64,000 bases of DNA, from NCBI GenBank assembly GCA_965219455.1, contig OZ244744.1:5536001-5600000 (forward strand). The letters are read 5' to 3'. Below, one piece after another: positions 8,983 through 20,648 of this stretch. The position numbers and the translations under genes are program-made. Source of the stretch: Candidatus Latescibacterota bacterium. Its GTDB lineage: Bacteria > Latescibacterota > UBA2968 > GCA-2709665. Under the pieces are notes generated by a model. That model saw nothing but the letters and a program-made list of their open reading frames with translations. It did not search any database and was not told where the DNA came from. Numbering within the stretch: the first letter of the stretch is position 1; every line of letters begins with the position of its first letter.

Positions 8983-11607
8983 TTACGGTGTAAACGTCCG
9001 GGCAACACGAAATCCGATGATGCTGTCCCGAGTGCCGGCGGTATTCCTGTTGCGGTCCGCCGAACGCAGGAACCTCGGAGTGCTGAGCCACGAGCCGCCG
9101 CGCAACACGCGATTCGCGCAGGCGCCCCGCCCCCACGCCGATCCGTCCGCAGGCGCCCCCGCATAGCTGTCGTTCCAGCAATCTTGTGTCCACTCCCAAA
9201 CATTGCCCAACACGTCATGTAACCCAAATGCATTTGGCTCATAGTTGCCGGCTGGTGAAGTCCTGTAGTATCCATCGTCGCACGGCGCGACAGTCCAGCC
9301 ACTTTCGTGACGTCTTGCAGTCTCATCCGCTCCATTGCCATAATGACACTGTTCCCTTGACGATTCTCCCCAATAACGGGCTGCCGTCGTACCCGCACGC
9401 GACACGTACTCCCATTCCGACTCGCTCAGCAAACGATACCTTTCTCTCGTCCTTTCCGACAACCACCGCACATACCCCTGCGCGTCATTCCAACTCACGT
9501 TCATCACCGGACGGTTACCCCGGCCCCAGCCCCTATCATCCGGCCGATATCCCCCGCAACCCCCAGCGGACGCGCACGCGTCCCACTCCCCAAACGTCAC
9601 TTCATACACCCCAACCGCAAACCGATAACCGATCCGCACGCGATGCCGCGGACCCTCGTTATCATAACGCCCCGACTCCCCACCCGGAGACCCCATCATG
9701 AACGATCCCGACGGTACCACCACCATCTCCGGACAGTTCGCACAATCCCTGAATCTCCCGCCTACTGTGTGTTTACGCGCTTTTGATAATCTTACCTTCA
9801 ATTCTGACAACACTGACTCACCGACATTAAATACATTTAGAGAATCCACATACACTCCCGCCTTGTCCAAAGCCTCTTCTTCCATCGTTTCCTCAAACTT
9901 CCTCATATACAACTCGATCTTAGCCTGACGAAGGCGTTCCGCTTCCTGTTGACGCCGCGCCGCCTCTCGCGCTCCGGACAATCGACCTTCCAACTGCGAC
10001 AACACGGGAGCAGATGCATTGACGGAACGCAGCGATTCCACGTACCTGACCGCTGTATCGAAATCCTTCCGGTCGAGCGATTCCTCGAATTTTCGTTTGA
10101 AATCCACGACTTTGGCCAAGCGACGACGTTCCGCCTCCTCGGCGGCCAGCCGCTCCCTGCGCTCTTCCACCCGCCGACGCTGCTCCGCCCCGCGCGCCGT
10201 AGTAAGGCGCTCTTCCAGGCTCGACAACACCGGCGCATCGACCCACGCGCCACGTATCAGGGACACGTACTCATCCGCCTTATCGAACTCCTTGTCCACC
10301 AACGACGCATCAAACTTCGTCACGTAACGGCCGATTACGCTGTCCAGACCCGCGCTCGCTTCCTTATGGCCCGGCGCCAGGGCCAATACCGCCTGATACT
10401 TCTCCCACGCGTTGTTCCCCGCGGGACTCGTCAGCCGGTCCCGCGCCAGGTCTTCACCAGCGCCCGACAACAAAGCCGACATCTGTTTAGCAGCTTCTCC
10501 TTCCAGCGCCAGGCGGAGCTGCTCCGGGCGATGGATGTTTTCATAGTAATAATAGCCCCCTCCCATCAGAAGCGCCAACACGCACGCCACGGCGGCGAAA
10601 ACCGGCCACTTGCGTTTCCCGGCCTGCCTCACGGGTGGACCATCAACCGTTGTGCGCTGCCGTGACCTCGGTGGGCGACCCTTTTCGGGCCTGACGACGG
10701 GCCGCGGTTTCTTCGCGCTGTCCGGCGTCTTTCCGGAAAGCGCAGTACGCCACGCGGCCACGCTCTGCGGGCGGTCCCCCTCATCCACCTTCAACGCCAA
10801 ATCTATCGCCGCCAGAAATCCTCCGCTCGCCTGACCGGCGCAACGCTCGGCCACCGGAACCAGCGGATCGTTCCGCACCCGGTCCGTTGCATCGGCCGGG
10901 ACGTCGCCCGTCAACGCGTGGTAGCACACGGCGCCCAGCGCATATATATCCGTCCAAGGTCCCTGGTCGCCGCGACTGGAATACTGCTCGATGGGCGCGT
11001 AACCCGGCGTGATGATCGACGTGACAGACCGGCTGCGCGCACCGATCGCCTGACGCGCCGCGCCGAAGTCCAGCAGCACCGGCGACCTGTCCTCGTCGCG
11101 GATGATGATATTGCCAGGCTTGACGTCACGGTGCAGAAAATTGGCCTCGTGGACCTCCTCCAGACCGTCCAGAATCGGAAACAGAATGGCCTTAAGATCC
11201 GCTTCGCCCAACGTCTTTCTGCGTTTGAGGAATTCCGACAGGGTCTCCCCCTCGGCGTATTCCATCACGATATACGCCGTGCCGTGCGCCTTAAAAAAGC
11301 GAAACACTCTGATGATATGCCGGTGATCGAACCGGGCAAGGGTGCGCGCTTCGTCCAGGAATCGTTCCAGGCCCCACTCGAATTCACCCAGAAACTGGCT
11401 CGCCTTCGGGACCACGCTGTTGTCGTCCGTGCGCGCGGCAATGTCGTCCGGCAGGAATTCCTTGACCGCGACCCCTTTGTCCAGGTTGTGGTCAAAACCC
11501 AGATACGTCATGCCGAAACCGCCGAAGCCCAGCACTCTCATCAGTTCGTATTCCTGCAGCCGATAACCCTGCGGAAGCGCATTCAGCGGGTGTTGAGCAT
11601 GATTCAT
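8983..11607 (-). CDS. Receptor Ser/Thr kinase - TM - stalk - FGE-sulfatase protein, paralog 2 (remote DGR target)
   Basis: Same domain motifs as paralog 1; first ~430 aa nearly identical to paralog 1; C-terminus matches the TR. Confidence 0.93.
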   Translation of the reverse strand: MNHAQHPLNALPQGYRLQEYELMRVLGFGGFGMTYLGFDHNLDKGVAVKEFLPDDIAARTDDNSVVPKASQFLGEFEWGLERFLDEARTLARFDHRHIIRVFRFFKAHGTAYIVMEYAEGETLSEFLKRRKTLGEADLKAILFPILDGLEEVHEANFLHRDVKPGNIIIRDEDRSPVLLDFGAARQAIGARSRSVTSIITPGYAPIEQYSSRGDQGPWTDIYALGAVCYHALTGDVPADATDRVRNDPLVPVAERCAGQASGGFLAAIDLALKVDEGDRPQSVAAWRTALSGKTPDSAKKPRPVVRPEKGRPPRSRQRTTVDGPPVRQAGKRKWPVFAAVACVLALLMGGGYYYYENIHRPEQLRLALEGEAAKQMSALLSGAGEDLARDRLTSPAGNNAWEKYQAVLALAPGHKEASAGLDSVIGRYVTKFDASLVDKEFDKADEYVSLIRGAWVDAPVLSSLEERLTTARGAEQRRRVEERRERLAAEEAERRRLAKVVDFKRKFEESLDRKDFDTAVRYVESLRSVNASAPVLSQLEGRLSGAREAARRQQEAERLRQAKIELYMRKFEETMEEEALDKAGVYVDSLNVFNVGESVLSELKVRLSKARKHTVGGRFRDCANCPEMVVVPSGSFMMGSPGGESGRYDNEGPRHRVRIGYRFAVGVYEVTFGEWDACASAGGCGGYRPDDRGWGRGNRPVMNVSWNDAQGYVRWLSERTRERYRLLSESEWEYVSRAGTTAARYWGESSREQCHYGNGADETARRHESGWTVAPCDDGYYRTSPAGNYEPNAFGLHDVLGNVWEWTQDCWNDSYAGAPADGSAWGRGACANRVLRGGSWLSTPRFLRSADRNRNTAGTRDSIIGFRVARTFTP
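8993..9113 (-). repeat. DGR variable region VR2
   Basis: Versus TR (RVLRGGSW to ART): 16 mismatches at TR adenines and 3 at non-adenine positions. Confidence 0.85.
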
Positions 11608-11836
11608 GGCGTAATCTTCAAAGGGTGTTCAATTGCAAAACCAGCAAGTCGAGGGAAGGGACCTGCCTGCCGAGCAGAACTCGGCGCAGGCAGGTGCCCA
11701 CGGTCCCGGGAGGCAGCGGTCAGAATGACAGATGTCCTGAAATCATCAGCGAATCGTGCCCGTTACACGCACGCCCGTACTGACATGCTGAGGAGGCCGC
11801 CCCTGGGTTTTATCTTGCCTATCCTGTTCATCCATG

Positions 11837-13815
<1,979 letters not shown>

Positions 13816-13833
13816 TTTCCCGGTTTCGCGCCT

Positions 13834-14577
13834 TTACGTATCCTGCCAGTCAAACGCGTCGCCGCACAGGGGTACGAATCGCAGAACCGTATCCCCGACG
13901 CCGATATGGCTATGCGCAGGTAATTCAGTTGGAACCAGTACGGGCTGATCCCCCAGGTAGGTCAAATTGGCGCCAACGCCGTGCTGCACGGTAAACTTCC
14001 TGCCGCGGGGATCGTAGTTCACGATGGCATGTCCCCCCCGGGATACCTGACTATCGCCGAAATCGAGGTTCACGCGAGCGGTCTCTCCCCGGCCAATGGT
14101 ATTTTGCCCGTAACCCAGCTGAAGGGCTTTTCCCTTACCGGGTCCCTCGACAATCGCCAACCACCCCACAACCGGATTATTCATGCCGTCGGCTTCGACG
14201 GCGGGCTTCCGCTTTTCACCCGGCGTCGGGCGCCCACCGATGTTGATGACTGTGCGTTCCTCCTCCTTTCCCGGTCCGGGCGTTGAGGCGCGCTTTTTCT
14301 TACGTCGTCCGACGGGGAAGTCGGTTGCCGGTTCCGTCTGTCCAAGCAGTTTTGTGGGCTCATCCAGGCGGCCCCCGCCAGCGACGTCGCCACCCCGCTC
14401 CGGCGCGGGTTGCCGCCCCGGCTTAGTGGGTTCATTCGAACCTCCCGCGGTCTCACGGCCACCCGGATGGGCCGGCGGCGCCAGATCTTCAATCCGATCA
14501 GTCGGCACGGTTCCGTCGTCCGTCTTTTTACTTTTCTCCTCCACGATCTTGCCATCGGGTCCGCGGTAAACGGGCAT
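13834..14577 (-). CDS. FHA domain protein with disordered N-terminus (copy A)
   Basis: VVGWLAIVEGPGKG, NTIGR, DSQVSRGGH, NLTYL FHA motifs; N-terminus carries repeated EPTK/ERTV Thr motifs. Confidence 0.85.
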   Translation of the reverse strand: MPVYRGPDGKIVEEKSKKTDDGTVPTDRIEDLAPPAHPGGRETAGGSNEPTKPGRQPAPERGGDVAGGGRLDEPTKLLGQTEPATDFPVGRRKKKRASTPGPGKEEERTVINIGGRPTPGEKRKPAVEADGMNNPVVGWLAIVEGPGKGKALQLGYGQNTIGRGETARVNLDFGDSQVSRGGHAIVNYDPRGRKFTVQHGVGANLTYLGDQPVLVPTELPAHSHIGVGDTVLRFVPLCGDAFDWQDT

Positions 14578-14724
14578 AACGACGTCCTCCTAAAGCGGTG
14601 AGCGGAAAGAGGTGAGATTCCTGTAACAAGACTTTGCACAAATCAGTGCCTGTTTATCTACGCTGTTTGCGTCGGGTGCGGGGTTGGCATCCCCCCACCG
14701 CATCAGCCGTCGCCGGCCCTTCGA

Positions 14725-14800
14725 CCCTTCGACAAGCTCAGGGACCGCAGGCTCAGGGAACCGGCTCGGCTTCTGCGACTCCGCCTCAAGGGGGGAGTGA
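14725..14800. repeat. REP-like repeats cccttcgacaagctcaggg / ctccgcctcaaggggggagtga
   Basis: Related copies at about 34569, 46266-46372 and 51944-52030. Confidence 0.7.
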
Positions 14801-14919
14801 TGAAAACGAAGCGCTTGATCGGTCTGCCTGTGCGGTCAGTGTCCTTTGGTTTGTTGATGAGACGCGAGGTCTTGTGGACGCGGGGTGGTCCTCTCCCGTC
14901 TAACGTCTCACCGCTCCTG

Positions 14920-15693
14920 TCATTTTTCATACAGCCTGTTAATCAGATTATCCAGACAGTACTGGCCCGACCGGTTCAACGCCATTTCCTCTTTCTGCTG
15001 CACGACATGCAGGGCAAAGACAAGCAACGCCGATTGGAGCAGGGCAAGCAGAGTCGTGTAGAACGCAACGCCCAGCCGCCCGGTGATCTCCGGCAGCAGA
15101 TTCGGATCCTGTGGATTTTCATTGCTTCCGGCGTAATCCAGCGCCAGGGCGATCCCCACAACCGTGCCGATAAAACCCAGCGTGGGAATCAACCAGACCA
15201 GGTACCGCAGCATGTTGTATTTGAGTTCAAGCTCGTGTTGAAACAGTTCAAGGGAAGAATTCAAGAGAGAATTCGCCTGGTTGACGGATCCGCTGCCCTG
15301 GAATTGCAGGATGCAGCGCAAGGTCAGACGCTGCAGAAAATACGTCGGCTCCCCGTCCGCCGGGCGCAACCTGTTATAGAGAGGGCCCAGGTCCTGCGAT
15401 CGCAACATGCTCGTGTCGTCTTCCGGTAGATATCGCATCGAGAGTTGCGCTGTCTCCAGGTTGGATTGGTTGAACCGCCGCCACAACTCGCCGCAACTGA
15501 TGAAAAACATAATCCACATGGTATTCTGGATGGAAAACGGATAGGAATTCGCCTGCCGATCGAGCAGGAAGTCGCCAGCCATGGAATCGCCGCTCTTGAA
15601 AATGAAGCTCATTACGGCAATGAATACAACGCCGGTGACCACGCTCACGCCGAATGCGATCAGCCGTAGATTCGTCTCGGAATTCCGTTCCAT
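14920..15693 (-). CDS. MotA/TolQ/ExbB proton-channel family protein (copy A)
   Basis: IPTLGFIGTVVGI and LGVAFYTTLLAL signature TM helices; start taken at ATG 15693 (MERNSET), just after the FHA gene. Confidence 0.88.
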   Translation of the reverse strand: MERNSETNLRLIAFGVSVVTGVVFIAVMSFIFKSGDSMAGDFLLDRQANSYPFSIQNTMWIMFFISCGELWRRFNQSNLETAQLSMRYLPEDDTSMLRSQDLGPLYNRLRPADGEPTYFLQRLTLRCILQFQGSGSVNQANSLLNSSLELFQHELELKYNMLRYLVWLIPTLGFIGTVVGIALALDYAGSNENPQDPNLLPEITGRLGVAFYTTLLALLQSALLVFALHVVQQKEEMALNRSGQYCLDNLINRLYEK

Positions 15694-15694
15694 A

Positions 15695-16081
15695 TCAGCC
15701 CTCGTCTGGAATGATTTCACCTGTATCGGGATTGCGGCGTACGTTGCCCCCGGGAAGGGCGTCCGCCTGTTTCGGGTCGGCAGCCGGGCGCCCCGGGTCC
15801 TGATCACCCCTCGCTCCGAGTTTCTGCAGTAGTCCGAGCGCAGTTGTCTGGTGACGACCGAGGAGAATTGCATCCTCTGGGGATATGAATTCCTGCCTGA
15901 TGCGGATCCACTCGCCATTCCGCGCCACGTAACTGCCGTTCCTGCTCGCACAGTCGGTCAGATAGTACGACCCTTTCGCGGTTACGACCAACTCGGCGTG
16001 GATACGTGAGACCGTGGCGTCGTCAATGCGAATATCCGCGTCCGTACCGCGACCGATTCTATACGTCGAAAAGCCGGACAT
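15695..16081 (-). CDS. Small FHA domain protein (copy A)
   Basis: YRIGR, DATVSRIHA, SRNGSYV. Confidence 0.9.
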   Translation of the reverse strand: MSGFSTYRIGRGTDADIRIDDATVSRIHAELVVTAKGSYYLTDCASRNGSYVARNGEWIRIRQEFISPEDAILLGRHQTTALGLLQKLGARGDQDPGRPAADPKQADALPGGNVRRNPDTGEIIPDEG

Positions 16082-16092
16082 TACGAGATCCT

Positions 16093-16857
16093 CTAATGGT
16101 GTGTGACGCGCATATTACCTTCGGCATCGACGGTTACCGTCGCCACCAGTTCCTTGTCACCTTCTCTTCTTAGCCGTATCTGCCGCAAAGGCGTCTGGCC
16201 GTCCGGCGTCAATACACCTCCCCGCACAAGCACACTCTCTCCCTTGTCGGTATTGAAATATTTGTAGTACACCCGATAAGTCCCTGCCTCTGCCAACGGA
16301 TGCAGCCAGATTTCATTACCTGGCCCCCTTGTATTGTCCTCTTCCAGCTTTGCCCGAGAACCCGAAAACGAACGGTTCCTGTAATAGAACTCGCGTCCGG
16401 CGGGGTCGAGAACGTGCAGGTCGATATCGTCGCCTGTATTCCAACTCATGATGATCAAGAGGAATTTCTTCCGCGCCTGCGCCTGACACGACGATAGGTC
16501 CGCCTCGAGATCCCGGTTGCGGCTTTCGCACTCGCCCAGAGCGTTCCTGGACACGGACCCCTGCTGCTGCTCTTCACACGCCGCAAGCTGTCCTTCAAGC
16601 TGCCGGTTAAGTTCCTCACAGGCGGCCAGGCCATCCGGGGATACCGACGCCTGCTGTTGGTCTTCACACGCGGCCAGGGCCGCCTGGACCTGCTCAAGCT
16701 GCGCCCTCACTTCCGCCACCCGCTCCGCAGAATCGCCGGTGTTCGGGAAGTACGGAAACAGGACAAAAGCAATGAGTATGAATGCGCCCATCGCCGAGGC
16801 GAACAGGTCCAGTGCCGACATACTGAAGATATTGAGTTCCCTGCTGCGGGATTTCAT
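16093..16857 (-). CDS. Single-TM MotB/ExbD-like protein with coiled coil and YfaP/DUF2135-like domain (copy A)
   Basis: N-terminal SALDLFASAMGAF TM with Asp; LAACEE repeats; C-terminal SWNTGDDIDLHVLDPAG...EDNTRGPGNE. Confidence 0.7.
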   Translation of the reverse strand: MKSRSRELNIFSMSALDLFASAMGAFILIAFVLFPYFPNTGDSAERVAEVRAQLEQVQAALAACEDQQQASVSPDGLAACEELNRQLEGQLAACEEQQQGSVSRNALGECESRNRDLEADLSSCQAQARKKFLLIIMSWNTGDDIDLHVLDPAGREFYYRNRSFSGSRAKLEEDNTRGPGNEIWLHPLAEAGTYRVYYKYFNTDKGESVLVRGGVLTPDGQTPLRQIRLRREGDKELVATVTVDAEGNMRVTHH

Positions 16858-16872
16858 GACGCGGCACTCCTG

Positions 16873-18489
16873 TCAGGATTTGGAAACCATCAACTCCACG
16901 TCGCCCAGCGCAACAGTGGCGCCATAGTCCAGACGCTCCGGACGAAAGGGAGGCAGGCGACGGCGATTCAGCAACGTCACGTTGCTCGAGTTCAGATCTT
17001 CGATACGAAATCCATTGTCAGCAGCGCTGATTCTGACGTGACGCCTGGATACATTGTCGTCGTGGATGACTTCATCCACAAGGTCCGGATGCCTGCCCAG
17101 CGAAAGTCCCAGCCGTTGTCCCACGAATTTTTCCGGCGATAGCGCGATGCGAACGCGGTTGCCCCGCCCGTCGAACCCGGCCAGCACCAGACCGTGTCCC
17201 GGGCGCTGCCCTTCCGGTGGTCCTTCAACCGCCCCGTCGTGCGCTCTTCGTCTGATGGGCCGGCTCAGCTGTTCGGCAACGTGGATGATCTGCTGCCGTG
17301 GTTTCTTCAGGCCGAGCAGCAGGGCCGCGAATGTCAGGATACCAAGAAACGTCCCACCTATAAGAAAACGCCGTCGCGACGCTTCAGCATGCAGACGAGT
17401 TTCTTCAACTTCCCGCATCGCTTCTTCCACCTGGCGCGCGGCCTCACCTGCCTGGCGCTTCGCATCCTCCGCCTCCTGGCGCGTCCGTCCCGCTTCCCGG
17501 GTCGCTTCCTCCGCTCGCCGGGTCGCTTCTTCGGCCTCCTGGCGCGTCCGTCCTGCTTCCCGGGTCGCTTCCCCCGCTCGCCGGCTCGCTTCTTCGGCCT
17601 TCCGACGCGTTTTTTCTGTTTCCCGGCTTGCTTCTTCCGCCAGGCGCCTGGCCTCCCCCGCCTGGCGCCTGGCCTCCCCCGCCTGGCGCGTCGCTTCTTC
17701 CGCTTCGCGGCGTGCCTTTTCCGCCTCCTCGTATCCACCGGCGCCACCTGCCGGCGCGCACGGACTGGTTTCCGGTGTTTGGAAAGGGATTCGGTGATCG
17801 CGAAGCAGCGTTACCAATTCCTCCACGTGTGAAGACCAGTATATTCCCGCCGCGTGGGGCACGCGGGTGACTCCCTCGGATTGGCTTTCGATGACAACGA
17901 GAGACGCCTGCGTATTCACGCCAATCACCCTCCCGCAATCATCCAACAGTGGTCCCCCGCTGTTACCGGGATTCGTAGGGGCGTTGTGTTGAATAATTCT
18001 GAACGTCTGCGTGTGCCAGGCACCGGAAAAGAGCCTGCCGATGACGCCGTCCTGCACCGTCGCATCATCGGCGAAACTCTCTCTATCTGCCTCTCCAGGA
18101 TAGCCGATGGCCCACACCTTCTGTCCAGCCTTCAGTTCAGCGAGGGAAAGCCGCACGGGCGGGAGATCGAGTCTTCGCGCGTGGAGGATTGCCAGATCCA
18201 GTTCGGTGGATACGGCAATCACCTTGACGTTGTACAGGGAATTGGACTTTGCAGGGCGAACCCTGATCCGGCCGCCGCTGTCAATCACATGGAGGTTTGT
18301 GGCGACAAATCCTCGATCATTGATCACAAACCCTGTACCTGTGCCGATCCCCTGGTTCGTCTCAGTCAGAATCCGAACAACACTCCTCTTCAGCCTGTTG
18401 AAATCCGGCGTGGCCAACACGTCGTGCCCGTGTAAGAGAAACGCGATCAGGAGACAGACGGCACGCAACGATCTGACAGCTTTCCGCAT
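16873..18489 (-). CDS. Trypsin-like serine protease - coiled coil - TM - FHA protein, intact triad (copy A)
   Basis: Signal peptide; TNLHV, DLAIL, PGNSGGPL; AEEA/AGEA heptad repeats; TM; LGR...VSRRH...DLNSSN. Confidence 0.9.
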   Translation of the reverse strand: MRKAVRSLRAVCLLIAFLLHGHDVLATPDFNRLKRSVVRILTETNQGIGTGTGFVINDRGFVATNLHVIDSGGRIRVRPAKSNSLYNVKVIAVSTELDLAILHARRLDLPPVRLSLAELKAGQKVWAIGYPGEADRESFADDATVQDGVIGRLFSGAWHTQTFRIIQHNAPTNPGNSGGPLLDDCGRVIGVNTQASLVVIESQSEGVTRVPHAAGIYWSSHVEELVTLLRDHRIPFQTPETSPCAPAGGAGGYEEAEKARREAEEATRQAGEARRQAGEARRLAEEASRETEKTRRKAEEASRRAGEATREAGRTRQEAEEATRRAEEATREAGRTRQEAEDAKRQAGEAARQVEEAMREVEETRLHAEASRRRFLIGGTFLGILTFAALLLGLKKPRQQIIHVAEQLSRPIRRRAHDGAVEGPPEGQRPGHGLVLAGFDGRGNRVRIALSPEKFVGQRLGLSLGRHPDLVDEVIHDDNVSRRHVRISAADNGFRIEDLNSSNVTLLNRRRLPPFRPERLDYGATVALGDVELMVSKS

Positions 18490-18492
18490 GAC

Positions 18493-20070
18493 TCACTCCG
18501 GGATCAGACGCACCTGAAACACCACGGGCCCCATCTCCAACCGATCGTTGTCCCGCAATTCCTCCGGTTCATTGGCGTTGAGCGTGCGGCCGTTTACCCT
18601 GGTTCCGTTCGTGGAGTTCAGGTCCTCCGCGTAGAGGCGTCCGCCGGCATACGAGAACCTGACGTGTTCGCGTGAGACGGCTTCGTGGGCGATGATAAAT
18701 TCCGAGTTGGCGGGGCTTCTTCCCAGCGCAACGCCGGAGGGCAGCGCCAGCGCCGGGACGCTCAACACAAAGGGCCGCCCCACGTCGTCCTGGCCTTCCA
18801 GCAGACACCTGAACGGCGCGGGTTGGGGCGCGCGCGCCGCGGCCTGCCGCGCGGCTTCTGCCTGCCGTTCCGCCTCTTTGGCGCGGGATGAACTGCTGTG
18901 CAACTGTGCTCTTTTCGCGCGTGCGAATAGCAACCAGCCGAGAAGCAATAGAACGACGACGGCAGCCCCAGCGAGAACGGTCCATTGAAACCGTTCGGAC
19001 GTCTCTTCGCGCTCCTGGTTCTGAACCGCGGCCAGGCTATCCCGTGTTGTCCGGAGTCGATCTGCCGCCGACATTCTTATGGAATCCGCACGCGTGCGGG
19101 CCAGGGAATCCGCCCATGCATGCGCCCGTGTCAAACTGTCTTCCCGCGCCTGTTTCAAGGAATCGGTCCGGGCCTGCGCGCGTTCGAGGCGTCTTCTTTC
19201 TGCCCTCAGGCGTTCGTCCGCCGCCGACTTTATGGAGTCCTCCCGCGTCTGCCGCAGGGAATCTGTCCTTGCCCGTTCCCGTCTCAGACTGTCTTCCCGT
19301 GCCCGGGTCAGGGAATCTTTCCGCGCCTGCGCCCGTCTCAAGCTGTCTTCCCGCGCCTCCGCGCGTTCAATAGCAGTCAGGCATGCGTCGTCAACGAAGG
19401 TATGGGCAATTTCCGCATCATTGAGCACGTTCACGATATCGCCGCTGCGCAACGCGAAGACGGTTCCCCTGGGATCCTTGTCGTTCCGGAACGGCCAGCG
19501 CCCGCTCTCCGGGTCGGGCAGGTTGATGCCAACCACGTCCCCACATTCATTGAACACGGGCATACCGAACGCCCTTGACGTCACAATGGCGTTGTGCTGC
19601 AGCAGATGTACGACGGAATCGGCAGGGGTCCTGCCCGGGACGTCCTGGTGGGCGCCGATGGTACCGCGGGCAACCCGGACGCTGTCACCAGCGGCGAACG
19701 TGAGGGTCTCCACCACCCGCCCCACGCCGGCCCCCTGCTCCGACAGGCTCAGGGGCGGGGATCCCAGGCCCTGCACGCGCAACAGAGCGAGGTTCATCTC
19801 CCTGCTGGCGAATACCTCCCGGGATAAAATCTCCGCACCAGTCTTCAGGGACAACACGGTCACCCGGTCCGCATTCGCCAGGAGGTGCGCGTTGGTCAGC
19901 ACGTCTCCGTTTCCATTCACGACAAAGCCGCACCCTTCGGCCGCGACCCTGTTATATCTGTGCGCACGCACCCGGACGATGCTCTCCGATACGACGTCGA
20001 CGTCGATTTGCCCGAACGCCGGGCCGGCCAACGAGAACACAGCGATCTGCACAAGCAACGAGACTCGCAT
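18493..20070 (-). CDS. Degenerate trypsin-like domain - REDSL repeats - TM - FHA protein (copy A)
   Basis: GCGFVV, TNAHL retained, but NLALL and AFGMP replace DLA and NSGGP; FHA LGRS...VSREH...NSTNGT; start ATG 20070. Confidence 0.85.
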   Translation of the reverse strand: MRVSLLVQIAVFSLAGPAFGQIDVDVVSESIVRVRAHRYNRVAAEGCGFVVNGNGDVLTNAHLLANADRVTVLSLKTGAEILSREVFASREMNLALLRVQGLGSPPLSLSEQGAGVGRVVETLTFAAGDSVRVARGTIGAHQDVPGRTPADSVVHLLQHNAIVTSRAFGMPVFNECGDVVGINLPDPESGRWPFRNDKDPRGTVFALRSGDIVNVLNDAEIAHTFVDDACLTAIERAEAREDSLRRAQARKDSLTRAREDSLRRERARTDSLRQTREDSIKSAADERLRAERRRLERAQARTDSLKQAREDSLTRAHAWADSLARTRADSIRMSAADRLRTTRDSLAAVQNQEREETSERFQWTVLAGAAVVVLLLLGWLLFARAKRAQLHSSSSRAKEAERQAEAARQAAARAPQPAPFRCLLEGQDDVGRPFVLSVPALALPSGVALGRSPANSEFIIAHEAVSREHVRFSYAGGRLYAEDLNSTNGTRVNGRTLNANEPEELRDNDRLEMGPVVFQVRLIPE

Positions 20071-20554
20071 AAAGAGACTCTCCTGGAGGAAAGTGAAAGG
20101 TCTCACAGTATGGACAGGATTCCGGTCTTTGGTTTTATCCTGTTCATCCATGTTCCTCGATTTCGTGAATTGAAGCCATACTCGCCACGTGTTGCGAAAC
20201 GCAACAGATGGCGCATATTGCGACAGTCTGGCGCGCACGATGCCGGACACGTCCGACGTTTCAGTCCGGTCTCTTCTCTTTCGAGTATTGCCCGGACAAC
20301 GCATTGCGCGGAACATCCGCCAACCTGAATCGTTACCGAACCGACAATATATAGTCTACTATTCTTAATGCAACCATTAGATATTTTACGTATTTATATA
20401 TACTTTACATTTTTATATACACGTTCGGTACTATTTTCCGCGAGTTTACCCATCGTCGTGGCTGATTGTTCTCATCGGCGTTGACTTTAGACGCATTTAA
20501 ACGTGCGCCACGGATACAGGCCGGGCGCGACCGCGGAATACAGGTAAACAGGGA

Positions 20555-20596
20555 CAGAACAAAACAAGGGGCTACGTCGGCGGACGTAGCCCCTTG
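20555..20596 (-). terminator. Intrinsic terminator-like hairpin
   Basis: 14-bp perfect stem caaggggctacgtc/gacgtagccccttg followed by TTTTGTTCT on the minus strand. Confidence 0.7.
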
Positions 20597-20607
20597 CATT
20601 CAAATAT

Positions 20608-20648
20608 TCGCGGGCGCCCGGATTAGAACCGGGGCCCCGTTCGCAAAA
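20608..20648 (-). other. Degenerate 3' half of tRNA-Pro(CGG) (att-like fragment)
   Basis: ggccccggttctaatccgggcgccc versus tRNA ggcccccggttcgaatccgggcgcccc at 57550-57626. Confidence 0.6.

Noticed and set aside
14920-15951. 343-aa version of the MotA-like ORF (also 46527-47558)
   Set aside because: The N-terminal extension overlaps the FHA gene in another frame; the ATG directly after the FHA stop is more plausible.
17440-17730. 21-bp periodic repeats that could be mistaken for a CRISPR array or DNA repeat element
   Set aside because: They are in-frame coiled-coil heptads within the protease-FHA gene; there are no unique spacers and no cas genes.
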